DNA of 64,000 nucleotides from the NCBI GenBank assembly GCA_020137815.1, contig CM035360.1:2356001-2420000 (forward strand), given 5' to 3'. Shown piece by piece: positions 51,903-64,000 of this stretch. The stretch's first letter is position 1. The number at the start of each line of letters is the position of its first letter. The position numbers were made by a program, and so were the translations under genes. The notes under the pieces were generated by a model. The model was not told where the DNA came from. It searched no databases and saw nothing but the letters and a program-made list of their open reading frames with translations. This stretch comes from Hormiphora californensis. Taxonomy: Eukaryota > Animalia > Ctenophora.

Positions 51903-52499
51903 TCTACCCCCTTTCTATCTCTCTCTACCCCCTTTCTATCTCTCTCCCTCTATCTCTATCTCTCTCCCTCTTTAGTCACGTTTTGCAAGGAGCCTTCCTG
52001 CACTTCTCCTACCATACACCAATAACATCTCAAGACGCCCACTCTCCTTCACCCCGACTACATAACTCCACATCTCAAAACACCCTCACCCCCACATCTC
52101 AAAACACCCTCACCCCCACATCTCAAAACACCCTCACCCCCACATCTCAAAACACCCTCACCCCCACATCTCAAAACACCCTCACCCCCACATCTCAAAA
52201 CACCCTCACCCCCACATCTCAATCTACACTCTCCCCTAGCATCTCAAAATACCATCTCCCCCACACTCTCACAACTCAATCTACACTCTCCCCTAGCATC
52301 TCCGTCAGCTTATCATGGTTCAGTCAGTAATACCGTTATCAATACAGGTGAAAACACACACACAGCTATAATTACACTTGTACATCTAGTGTGATTAGTG
52401 CAGCGCTTGTATTTAGTAGTGTTATATCGTGTATCATGGAGATGCTCCTAATGTCACGTACTGCAATATTGTGACATACAGTATCTTTCTTTCTTTCTT

Positions 52500-52536
<37 letters not shown>

Positions 52537-52583
52537 GTCTCTCTTTCTATCACTCTCTCTCTCTCCCTCCCTTTCTCTTTCTA

Positions 52584-52662
<79 letters not shown>

Positions 52663-55188
52663 TTCTCTTTCTATCACTCGTCTTTCTCTTGCGATTGTAT
52701 GCTTCAAGACAAATTAGGAGCATAACCACGATACTTAGATAAAGCTTGTAGAATTTAGAGAGCTGATGCAAGAATGTCCATTTTGGGTAGAAAATGTATG
52801 GTGGAAAAAGAGGACCTGTTCTATTGGTCATATAATATCGCTCTCTTTTTCAAGGAGACAGTTTATTGTGCAAGAACACGACAGAAAAGAAATTGAACTC
52901 AATTTGAAAAATCAAAACTTCGCTCAAAGAAAGTAGTTCCCCCTTTTCCCGGAAACCGTGCGTTTTAAATTGAGTGAATAAACCTCTCACGCTCTAGCGA
53001 GAAATTATGTCTTAGGCGTTATATATTTTTTAATCAATACTGGTTTGGTAATCATCTCTCGAATAACTTAAATCTAAAGCCAGACTAATCTAGAATATTC
53101 TTCGCGGGTGCTGATTATATCCCCTCTTTCTCATTCCCCATCACTCCCGCATCTTCAATATACTGAATCTCATGTATCCCTGTATAGGGATATGTATCAT
53201 CTTCTAAACTGTTGCCTGGCTAGACTGTGTTTCGGGCGAGGGTTAGAACATAGCAACTAAACTGTATTTTTGTTTGTTTGTTTGTGAGTCCTACTATGTG
53301 TTGAGATACAGGTGATCTGTCTGAAGCTAAAGCTGTATGTTGAACGGAGACTTTTCCAACTTCGACTAGAAGTAGATAATATATCAAGTAGAAGTACTTC
53401 GACTATATTTTAGATACATCAATTATACATATGCCACACTCACTTATTGTATTAGTAAAGAGGGAGGGATAGAAAAAGGTGTTCATATTTTTGATACACA
53501 GATAAAGCTTTGGAAACTTCTCCAGAATTGTGGAGAGAGAATACTATAAATAGACTGAGCTACCATCTACTACAGGAGGATATGCATTAATTAGCAATTA
53601 ATTAACAAGTATTCCCCACTAATTACCGGGACACACTGAAACACACTGAAAGGAACATGTCAGTTCATAATCTCGTTATAATGAGAGACAGCTAATTAAT
53701 ATTCAGTCATAAATCTTCATATTGAGATATGCATGGTATCACGGCCATCAATGTGTATTTTCGGGTAAAGGAGTATCTAGGGACAGCAATATAAATGGAC
53801 AGTGTATTTCCTTGAAGTTGATACTAGAAGACCGACTAGTCGGTAGTTATTATATTAACATGTACTACAACTGTTTACTGTGAACATGGGACTTGTCACC
53901 CAAAATATGTGTATTTAATATTTGTTTGTTAATTTTCAGATTCATGGGATAAGTAGAAGTAACGGATATTTAGAACGGGAGGTATGCGGCTTGAAATGAC
54001 GTATATATTTATCTATTGGAGGTAGAGAGAGAGAGGGGAATGAAAATGTGGATGGGAAAACCAGAGAGAGAGAGAACGTATGTAATGCTCTACTTCTAGA
54101 GAGCTATACAAAGTTAGAGAGACAGTAATTGTATTGCAAGATGATGTGAGAGAGAGGAGGGGAGAGAGAAAACACGATTGATCGAGAAAAAGAAATTTAA
54201 AGTGACTTGTCATGAGAGAGGCAGAGAGAGAGCGAGAGAAAGGTAGATATTATACCTCGAGAGTAGATTATTAGTAGTTTGAACAGGTGTTCTGTGTGAG
54301 TTGAGAGGGAGAGAGAGAGAGAAGTGATAAAAATACTGTTCACTGTTTTTTAGTTCTGTTCTGGAAGAGAGAGGTTCGAACATGGCACCTATCTGATGAT
54401 TGGGGGAGCTAGAGTGTAACATGTTGTTATAACTGGGGGGGGGTATAGAGTTGAGCATGTTGTACGTATGTGTTTGGGTGTGTTAGTGTAGACTGGGGAG
54501 TCTGGAGTCACGCCTCAAACACCGCTCTCATCAGGCTACAATGACATTAGCGGGTAAAGAGAGGGTTGAGACATTCTCTAAGTAGAAGGAGAGACGGTTG
54601 ATAAATGTTAAATGAAGTTAACGCTGGTCCGATTGAGAAAGGGTTACATAGAATCTAAAGAAGAAGGTTAGCTAACCAAACCAAATCATTAACTAAATCG
54701 AACTGAACCAAACCAAACCAAACCAAACCAAACCAAACCAAACCAAACCAAACCAAACCAAACCAAGGTATTAGAGAATAGATGGCAAACCGTAGATATA
54801 TATTGTCGAGTTCCCTAAACTGTGTGTATAATCTAAAGACCACTGCTGATATATATAATCACTCCCCCCTTGTTATACACATAGAGAGAGGGATAAAAGA
54901 TAGTAAGGTATACCCTCGCGCCCGCCAGCATATATAGTGCGTGTATTCGATTGAGAGAGAAAGAAAGATAGAGAACATACGACAGACGCACTTCGTGCTA
55001 GAGTTAAGACGTTACAGACAGTAGACACAAGCTAACTTTATATCAATTAACAATGTGACACATTTTGACAGTGAATTGACATGCATGGGGAGTTCAGTGA
55101 AGTGAGTTAACCGGGTTTTGTCGTTAAAACCAATCATCAGATCACTCATTTTTCACAGTTTTGAGCATTACCATTTCTTGCTTTTCTG

Positions 55189-55233
<45 letters not shown>

Positions 55234-55536
55234 CCTATCTTTCTCTGTCTCTCTCTCCCTATCTCTCTCTCTCTCATGATTTCTCTAGTCTCTACTCTCT
55301 ATCCACCTCTCTTTCGCTGTCTGATTAATGACTTTTTACGTCACTCTCATTTCTTCCCTCCTCTATATTTCTCACTCTCAATCCCCCTCTTTCGCACTCA
55401 TCCCCTTCTTTCACTGTCTCTCTCTCTCCATCTCTCTCGTTATATCTCTCCTTCGCTCTCTTCTTACGCAGGCAGCGTTCGTTGATCGAGTGCTCGTGAC
55501 TACCACTAGTTCTATAATGTGTGCATGTATTGTAGA

Positions 55537-55612
<76 letters not shown>

Positions 55613-57179
55613 ACTCTCTTCCTCCCAGAGAGAAGGATTGACACATATCCTTCTCCCCATCACACTAATTCCTTTGCATGCTTTGCAACGCGGCCCATCA
55701 TCATAACACACCACACAAGCTCAGGAGCCAACAATTTCAACAGTTATTCATCACACTTTCGACAGTTAAATAACTGTAATAAATAACTGTAATTAGTTAC
55801 AAATTAATATTCATCGCACTGTAGTGATTTAAATCCGGTACTACTACTTAGCTGGGAGGGACTCGGGGGGTGCCAGCTGAGAGAGAGAATATACCAGACA
55901 GATCTCTCTCATTCTTCAATTTGGTTTAGAGTGAATATATTCAGACCTAATGGACAAGAGAGAAAGATAGGAAGAGAGGGAGAGAGAGAGAGGGGGGTTG
56001 AAGAAACGGCATAAAATAATATATGTAATGAAAGAGTATTGCATCCACTATAGCATTCTCTCTGTGTGTCACTCACACAAAACACACTCAATCTAGGTGC
56101 AAAGAGGAAGCAGGGACAATTTGTTCGTCCATCCGTGTGATGAAAGTCATGTAGGTGTAAAATAGGTTATATATACACGTCCATTAGTTGCCTTACTCGA
56201 GCCAAACACACACAAACAAACACACACCCACACTAATTGCCCTTTTGAAGAGTGAGAAATGAAAAGTAAAAAACAATCCGCTAACAGTAAACACCCCCCC
56301 CTGCATTACTCTATCACCACGTAACAGTAAAACACGCCAAATGGAAATGTAGTCAAATATGGAGCTCCAATATAATAATGCAGCTAAAGAAGCTCTGCTG
56401 AAGAGCTATATAACAGGAATTTATTTAAGAGATTAATTGCTCTAAACTCTTCTCTCCCCAGGCAAAATCGTTGAAGGTCGCTACAGTCCTACCAACGAAA
56501 CACTACACCAGTGACAAGCCATCCCACGCAGCACACAGATGGGACTCTTACGATCCAGTCGAGAGGGTGAGTTAATTCAGAGTTAATTGGGCGGGTGGAG
56601 TTAATTGGGAGTTGATTGGGCGGGTGGAGTTAATTGGGCGGTTGGAGTTAATTGGTGGTCGAAAGGACAGGGATTCACTCGGGGTAGGGAGTTAATCTAA
56701 ACTTGAGATTGGGATTGGGATGGTGTATTGTACCTCGTATTTTGTCAGTTCACTGTTCATTTTATCACTCAGACACATATGAGATTTATTGGCACCTCTA
56801 CCCCCTCTCTCTCTAGTCCCTTCCCCTCTCTCTAGTCTCCCCAACTTCTCTCTAGTCTCTACCCCCCCCCTTCCCCAACTTCTCTCTAGTCCCCCCCCCC
56901 ACTGAGACAGCGGGAAGATCAGAGGGACCCGTTAAAAGCTTTAGTTATCAACTATCACGCACCCCTCATTGCAACAGTACATGATTAGTGTAAAGTAGAA
57001 GCTCACACTATATTTTATATCTGTGACGGTTTGGCAGATCAAGTAATTACTCCATCGTGATTAGTGTAAAGTAGTAATTATAACCTCTCATTTCAGTCAA
57101 CTACGAAGTGTAGAATCGATGGGTGTTCCGAGTTCGCTATGAAGACGTCTGCATTCTGCTCCGAGAAATGTGTCCTAAA
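49916..57179 (+). CDS. DIDO1: DIDO1/PHF3-like PHD finger protein, first five exons (incomplete; probably continues past the window)
   Basis: Exons 49916-50059, 50266-50510, 51223-51391, 56462-56566, 57097-57179. [38 protein letters not shown] and KCRIDGC..FCSEKCVLK match the DIDO1 PHD and the following Cys motif. Last exon ends in a gtaag donor with no stop. Confidence 0.78.
51414..51466. mobile_element. Tiny Tc1/mariner-type MITE (53 bp)
   Basis: TA|CAGGGTGTCCCA...TGGGACACCCTG|TA. Confidence 0.7.
52068..52300. repeat. 24-bp minisatellite
   Basis: (cacatctcaaaacaccctcacccc) x ~6 plus degenerate copies. Confidence 0.9.
54706..54765. repeat. (AAACC)n microsatellite
   Basis: About 12 perfect units. 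Confidence 0.95.
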
Positions 57180-58150
57180 GTAAGTACAATAATTAGCAAC
57201 AGTAATTACTGAATAAGTTGATTAGTAGAAACTCTGACAGTCAAATTCACAATCCACGGTCCTGAATGTGCGTGATCATTTTAACCCTCTGAGAAGGTAA
57301 TTTAATTGAGAATGCTGAGTAAATGTGGCCTAACTAAAGACTCTCCCTCTCCTCCCTGAGTAAATGTGACCTAAATAAAGGCTCCCCCTCCTCTCCTGGC
57401 TGCCCAGGCCACTGTCTTGAAATTCTTTGTGGTATGCCGCTCCCATCATGTTTGATGTTATAGGCGTGTCTGTCTCCCAAGGTCTTGTGTGTGTGTTTTC
57501 CCCCATCTCACTGAGAACATATAATTACCACCCACACGATTTATAGTTTTATAGGATATATCTTTACTAATTTTACACCAAGAGCTAGAGAGACATGGGT
57601 ATCACTATTTTGTCTCCTAGGTTGTCATTTATCCATGGCCTGGGTATCATTCATTATCCTTCACAACATTCGTCCTCAATAAATCTCAATAAGTCTCTGT
57701 CGCATCTTTGTAACATCAGTCTAAGTTATCACTTCTTTTTAAAGAGTGACTGAATCATGTAAGCTGCTATCTAGCACTATAACCTCACCATCACCCCCCA
57801 AAACATTCCCAAATAACTAACTTTCTCTCTCCCTTCAGGTTTGCCCAGGAAAACATGAAAGGAGGCGACAGGGTAAGTGTTCAATGTGTCTGTCCTCTCT
57901 GTCCAGTTGCGTGTGTATCTGATTATATTTCCGAGGTTTTGTGTGTGTTTTTGGTGTCTGTGTGTTTGATATTCGTGTGTGTGTGTGTGTGTTTGTGTGT
58001 TTGTTCGTGTAATGTACGGTGATCTGAAGCGTGTTGGAAATCTCCCGTAGTAGCGTAATTTCCGTATGTATGCCGGTGAGTACGTGCGTGTAGTTAAAAT
58101 AACAAAACTCTCGGACACAGGACAAGCTTACTTTCTTTCACTTTCATTGT

Positions 58151-58259
<109 letters not shown>

Positions 58260-58623
58260 CCTTTCTCGTTAAATTATTAAGCACGAACACATCATTTCAC
58301 ATATTTTGATTGTTTATGCGGTTGTGTGATCTAGGGATATCAAATACAATTTTGGTTTTGTATTTTGTTCCGGTGGCTCACGTGTTGAAGCACTGAAATA
58401 ATCAGGAGAAAGATAGTGAGAGACAGAGAGAGATATAATATAGACAATAGAGAGAGAGAGATAAACAGAATGAGAGATGGAAGGAGAAAGAGTCGGCAGT
58501 TAAACTGGAGGTTGAGTCGACTCCAACCTGCATAAAATAAAAACACGGGGGGAGAGTTAGTTTTTGTTATCTTGCACCCCCACATGCACAAGCAACTCAG
58601 GTAACCCGATCCACTTTTTCACC

Positions 58624-60174
58624 ATGACTCGTTTCTTGCACCGTCCCTCCCTTCGTCTCACCATCGCAGCTGCGGTATGTCTCCTCCTCGCTATCATCAT
58701 GTCCATCTTCACCGTGGTCATCTTCCCGGGGGTCTTCCAGATGGTAGTTAGAAGCCAAGTCCTCCTGATACCGGGGACCCTGAGTTTCACACAGTGGTTG
58801 GATCCCAGTCCTGTTGTGTACCGTGTGGCGACTGTCTATAACGTTACTAATCCAAAAGAGATGGTGGCTGGCAAGCAGCCAGTTGTGGAGGCACTAGGAC
58901 CGTACTACTATCGTGAGTACAGGGAGAAGATCAATGTGGTAGTTCCAGTTGATGCGGGGGAGGAGCTCTGGTTCGAGGAGAAAAAATGGTATGAGTTTGA
59001 TTTTAACAAGACAAACTCCGGCCGTTCCAACAGTACCCTGCTAGACCCCTTCACAGACAAGTTCACTACAATTAACATCGCCTACATTGGTGTCGCGTAC
59101 AACCTGACCCTGACTAACGCCTCGAAGTTTAAGATAGCGGCTGCAGTTGCTGCTGCAGCGGCATTAAAAGAGGATTATCTAACGATGACCAAAACGGTCA
59201 ATGAAGTTGTATTTGGGTACGAGGATAAACTTCTAGACGCCCTTAAAGTCGCAATGCCTGACCTTCCCACGACTGTCCAGCTGCTATACAACATGAGTCA
59301 AAGTGACATAACCCTGAGAAGTGTGGTTGACAGTGGTAAGAAGGACTACACCCAGCTGGGACAATACAGAGAATGGCAGGGATTCGCTAAATTACCCTTC
59401 TGGGGAAATGATGCAGCGAATACCATTAATGGGACTGAGGGTCTCTTCTTCCACCCTGGACTCAACAAAACGGAGACCCTGTCTATTTGGGCTGATGACA
59501 TGTACCGGTCCATCATCATGGAGTTTGATAGAGAGGAGAAGTGCCTGGGGCTGGACACTTTCAAATACAGGACACCGGCATATTCCATGCTAAACGCTAC
59601 ACTAAATCCTAACAACGCTGGGTTCTACTCCTTTGGTCCAAACGGCATGACTAACCTGACATCAGCGGTCCACGCTCCCATCATGCTTTCCAAACCCTCC
59701 TTCCTGGGCGGGGATGCCTGGTTACTAGAGGAGGTTACTGGGTTACCACCTGTAGACCCCGTAGCCATGGATACAAATATTTGGGTTGAACCCTACACTG
59801 GTCTACTGGTGAGCGCCAACAAACAACTACAAATCAATATCATGATCCAGCGTGGCACCATGTTCCCAGGACTTACCAAGCTGAGGAAAGCAGCTCGATT
59901 TATACCCATTGCCTGTGATTCAGGAGACGGGGGGATTGGATGATGATTTATTGGATAAGTTCCATGGTATGGTGATTGTACCTAAATCCATTGCTGTTGG
60001 TCTCATGTGGGCTCTGGTTGGGGTTCTCATCCTAGGTGATGGTGGTGTGTACCTGTGTTGGCTGTGTGTAGCACAGTGTTTGAAGGAATGGGGGTCCTGA
60101 GAAGGAGGGAGAAGGATGATGATGATAATGAGGCGAAGAAAGGGCTGCTGGACAACGACGGTATAAACAGTTAG
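58624..60174 (+). pseudogene. Intronless CD36/SCARB (class B scavenger receptor) paralogue with frameshift(s) before the C-terminal TM
   Basis: N-terminal TM, YNVTNP, GPYYYRE, INGTEGLFF, EPYTG..ANKQLQIN. Homology to the neighbouring paralogue switches frame at ~59914 (IPIA/VIQETGGLDD). Confidence 0.7.
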
Positions 60175-61223
60175 AGAGACTAGTAATTGAAGATTAATTA
60201 TGTGTTTTTCCCGGCTGTATGTAAGATGCCCCACTATTTGCATCTCAAGATGCCATGTGTATTTTCCTAGTGTAAAGAAATCGAGTTTTTTGTTGTATGT
60301 TGTATCAATCCCCCCTAGATTAGTTAAGCCTACTGTGTAATAGCCTATTACACAGTAGGCTTAACTGACAAATAAGTAGTACACACACACACACATAGAG
60401 GTCCCCCCTCCCTCCCCCGCTTAAAGAAAAGGTTGCTGAACACACACACACACACACACACATATCACTTTTATAAACTATGTACTGCCCACGTGTTCGG
60501 GGAGCAACAACTATATAACGATATAAATATCTCTATCTAGAGACTTTTTAAATGTTTTTAAGAAAACTTTGATAGATCAACAAACTCAATATATAATGCT
60601 GGTAATATATTACACATGGTGTAACTTCCCAGAATAAGTTGCTCTATGTTTGGTTAAATGTTGCATCTGAGTAGATCGAGGGGAGACGGTGTAGCGTGCG
60701 TTCGGGAGATTTAAAATCCTGTGTTGAGTTGGGACAGCCCCCTGTTCAGGATGAATATACAGACAAGTGTCAAGTGAAACTTGAAGAATTCGCCAACTTT
60801 GTTACATTCTAACCATCCTTGGAGAGAGAGAGGGTCGAACTAGGAAAGTAATTGCAGCACAGTTTTAAAGAATTTGGTGTTTTAGGAAACTTGGCAGGCT
60901 TACTTTAACGCATGGAAATGTTTGTACGAAAACAGCACTCATGATGTGTATGTAACAACAGATGTAGAAGTACAACTTCCTATCCGCATAAAACCTCAAC
61001 TCTGTGAGAGAGAGAGAGAGGGGGCTATCTTAAACCTCAACCAGACACATCTGACAAACAGCCAGAGCATCTGAGAGATAGAGAAACAGAGTTCTGAGGA
61101 CTTATACCGTCAAGGGCCTGATTTCTGGACTGGCAGCAAAGTGATACACTAAAAGCTTCCAGTTCCTCTCTCTCTTTCACTCTCTCTTTCACTCTTTCTC
61201 TCTTTCTCTCTCTCTCCCTCTCG

Positions 61224-61265
<42 letters not shown>

Positions 61266-62194
61266 TTATCTCTCACGAGTGCTTATCACGACATTCTATG
61301 TAACTCTACCTTCTCCAACTCTTGTACTTTGGCTTTCTCTTTAGCGTCTTCTTTGTTACAAATTTCAAAATATGTGTATAATTCTTTTAACCTCCTGTTT
61401 TTGCAGTATTACGTTTTCAAGTTATGTACAACTAAATTGTCCCTTTCTTTTGCTCTATTATATTTCTTTCTCTATCTCTCTCCCTTCCCCTCTCTCTGTA
61501 TTCTAGACTTTGGTGTTTGCACAGGCTTCCTCACAACCTCATAACGTGTGTTGCACGCGTGTAAATTGTGTTTGTTGCACAACCTAACATGTGCCAAGGG
61601 AGATAGAGAGATAGAGAGATGGAGAAATAGAGTGGGAGAGAGAGAGAGGAATCGAAAAAGATAGAATCCCAAGGTAGTCTTCAAGCTGATATATTACCCA
61701 GCCTTCTAATCTGTACTCTTCTTCTTCTGACACACACACAAACACACATCTGTCACATGTCTCACAATATGGGGGAAGAGTGTAGCAGGGGCTGTATGAA
61801 AAGCAAGCACATCATTTAACACTGCTAAAAGTGTCCCACTAGTACAGTGGGCCACTACCAGATTCTAGATTTTTTCAGGGCCCAAGGTCTCCGGACTATA
61901 AGACAGATTAGAATCCACTAAGAATACAAGAGTAGGAAATAATCAAACTAGTATTTAATAGAACGCACAGTGATCCTCTTATATGGTTAGTATCATCATA
62001 TTAGATCTAGATATTATCTAGATCTATATAAGATACTACTTCACGTATCTCATTCTTTTCTTGGCACATGCACTCAAAGAAATATGATATACCTGTAATA
62101 CAGCCACAGCTATACTACTCGTGCCCACAATTCATTTTTGCTTTTCTTATTCTGACTACACTAACAACAACCACCAACTCTTTATAGCTCGCCC

Positions 62195-63820
62195 ATGTTC
62201 CTTTCCAACGTCACCCCAGAGGCCGCCCCGAGGGTGCGACGTCTCGGTATCTGGGGTGGTATATGTGGTGTTATTGCACTGTTACTCCTCATTAACAACA
62301 CTGCACTGTTCCCTGTGGTACAGCAGATCCTGGTACACCAGAGGGTCACCCTAACCAACAACACGGACACTTTCGTTCAATGGCTGTTCCCCACCCCCGC
62401 AATCTACAAGGTTGTCACTGTGTACAACATCACAAATACAGATGAGGTATCTGCTGGAGGGAAACCAAAGTTAGAAGCCATGGGACCCTACTATTACCGG
62501 GAGTATCGGGAGAGGATCAAGGTTGAGGAGGTGTATGATGTGGAATTGTGGTTTAGTGAGAAGAAGTGGTATGAGTTTGATTGGAATGCTACAAACCAGG
62601 ATAGACCCAAGGGAGCCCCTCCTCTTGATCCATTCAAGGACACCTTCGTGACGATGAACCTAGGGTACATTGGAGTGGCGTATAATCTCACTGTTTCAGA
62701 GGGAGATCAAATCCATATTGACGAGATTCTGGCGATAATAGCCGCTCAATTCGAGAAGGATCTCTCAATTTTCATGACTCGAACAGTCAATGAAGTGATA
62801 TACGGTTACACGGACAAATTCCTGGAAATTGTTAGCATTACACGTCCAGACGTGCCCAGTAAGGTCCAGGTAGTCTCCAACATGAGTGAACGGGATATGG
62901 GGACAACCAGCAAGATCAGGAACGGGAGGAAGGATGTGAATGAACTTGGACAGTATACCCAATGGCAGGGATATAGCTCTCTTCCATTCTGGAAAACTCC
63001 CGAGGCGAATACTATTAACGGGACGGAGGGGTTGTTCTTCCGGCCTTTCCTGAAAAAGGGGGACGAGGTTACTACATTTGTGGATGACCTGTTCCGCGCT
63101 AATCCGATGGAGTGGGTTGGGGAGGAGGAGGTTAGGACGATCCCAACCTACAAGTACAGGATACCTGATTACATTATGAAGAATGCCACACACAATCCAC
63201 ACAATGATGGGTTCTACGCATATGGCCCAGATGGTATGATGAACCTTACGTCGTGTGTTATGGCTCCTGTGTTCGCCTCCAAACCTTCCTTTATGGACGC
63301 AGAACCGTGGCTACTGGAGGATGTTGAGGGGCTCCCTCCCGTGAATAAGACCACGATGGATACCAACATCTGGGTGAACCCGCTAACAGGTGTGCTGGTG
63401 AAGGCCAAGAAGCAGCTCCAGATCAACCTTATGATCAGTCAGAATGTCATTTTCCCAGGGTTTGCGGGCCTCAGGCAGGATCGTCCCCGGTATATCCCAG
63501 TGGGCCAGATTATAGAAACAGGGGGACTTGATGATCAGTTGGTTAAACAGTTCCACGACAAAGTATTTCGACCCCAGGCTATCCTTGTGGTGGTAGTATG
63601 GACTGTGTTTGGTATTTTCAACTGTGCTTGCCTCGGATTGTTCGTTCAGATGCTCATTGTGGCGGGGGCAAATCAAAAGACTCCGGACCGGGTTCCCATC
63701 ATTCCTAGGGATGATGCATTTGATGAAGGAGCACGAAGTGAGAAGGAGAATGTTTATGAGGTGCCGATAGCTGGGGATGTGAGTACAGAGGGAGCAGAGA
63801 ATGTTTATCAGAGCATATGA
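62195..63820 (+). CDS. Intronless CD36/SCARB (LIMP-2-like) scavenger receptor, 541 aa
   Basis: Two terminal TM segments, YNITN, GPYYYRE, INGTEGLFF, PVFASKPSF, NPLTG..AKKQLQIN, and many N-glycosylation sequons. Confidence 0.92.
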   Translation: MFLSNVTPEAAPRVRRLGIWGGICGVIALLLLINNTALFPVVQQILVHQRVTLTNNTDTFVQWLFPTPAIYKVVTVYNITNTDEVSAGGKPKLEAMGPYYYREYRERIKVEEVYDVELWFSEKKWYEFDWNATNQDRPKGAPPLDPFKDTFVTMNLGYIGVAYNLTVSEGDQIHIDEILAIIAAQFEKDLSIFMTRTVNEVIYGYTDKFLEIVSITRPDVPSKVQVVSNMSERDMGTTSKIRNGRKDVNELGQYTQWQGYSSLPFWKTPEANTINGTEGLFFRPFLKKGDEVTTFVDDLFRANPMEWVGEEEVRTIPTYKYRIPDYIMKNATHNPHNDGFYAYGPDGMMNLTSCVMAPVFASKPSFMDAEPWLLEDVEGLPPVNKTTMDTNIWVNPLTGVLVKAKKQLQINLMISQNVIFPGFAGLRQDRPRYIPVGQIIETGGLDDQLVKQFHDKVFRPQAILVVVVWTVFGIFNCACLGLFVQMLIVAGANQKTPDRVPIIPRDDAFDEGARSEKENVYEVPIAGDVSTEGAENVYQSI

Positions 63821-64000
63821 TGGAGAGAGAGAGTGAACTCATATATATCAAGTGAGAGTGGCCAGAAGAAGAAGGAATAATTATTAGTATTGTTTGTTTT
63901 TGTTTTTATGATTTTGTTACAATTTTGTGTTAGATTTTCTTTCGATTTTTCCACGAAATCTAGATGAGTGATTCATTGACCCCACCGTGCTCTATAATAA

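Noticed and set aside
51723-55786. SLSL/RERE/TLTPTSQN ORFs (similar ones at 19264-19646 and 58066-58272)
   Set aside because: They are translations of (CT)n microsatellites and a 24-bp minisatellite.

Overview
Gene-dense, intron-rich animal genomic DNA. It is probably a ctenophore (inference from an LDLa-only class-A GPCR, nested genes, acceptor-like AGs just before start codons and the repeat repertoire). All gene models were spliced by hand. Plus strand: the 3' end of an unidentified gene, then ZC3H15, BUD31 and PDCL3. Minus strand: a CaaX-type complexin, a full-length LINE, EXOC7 and COX6B. Plus strand again: OPLAH and a DIDO1/PHF3-like PHD gene that runs off the window. An LDLa-GPCR is nested antisense in ZC3H15 intron 4. 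Two intronless CD36/SCARB genes appear nested on the same strand in a DIDO1-like intron. Main observations: (1) operon-like clusters with unpaired splice acceptors a few nt before ATGs, suggesting SL trans-splicing; (2) an intact LINE inside such a cluster, whose AUG-less ORF2 5' part overlaps ORF1 at an A_AAA_AAC -1 slippery heptamer; (3) pervasive intronic duplications ('echoes') of exon-intron junctions; (4) a heterogeneous head-to-tail Helitron-like array in a PDCL3 intron. MITEs of several superfamilies and a tRNA-derived SINE are also present.
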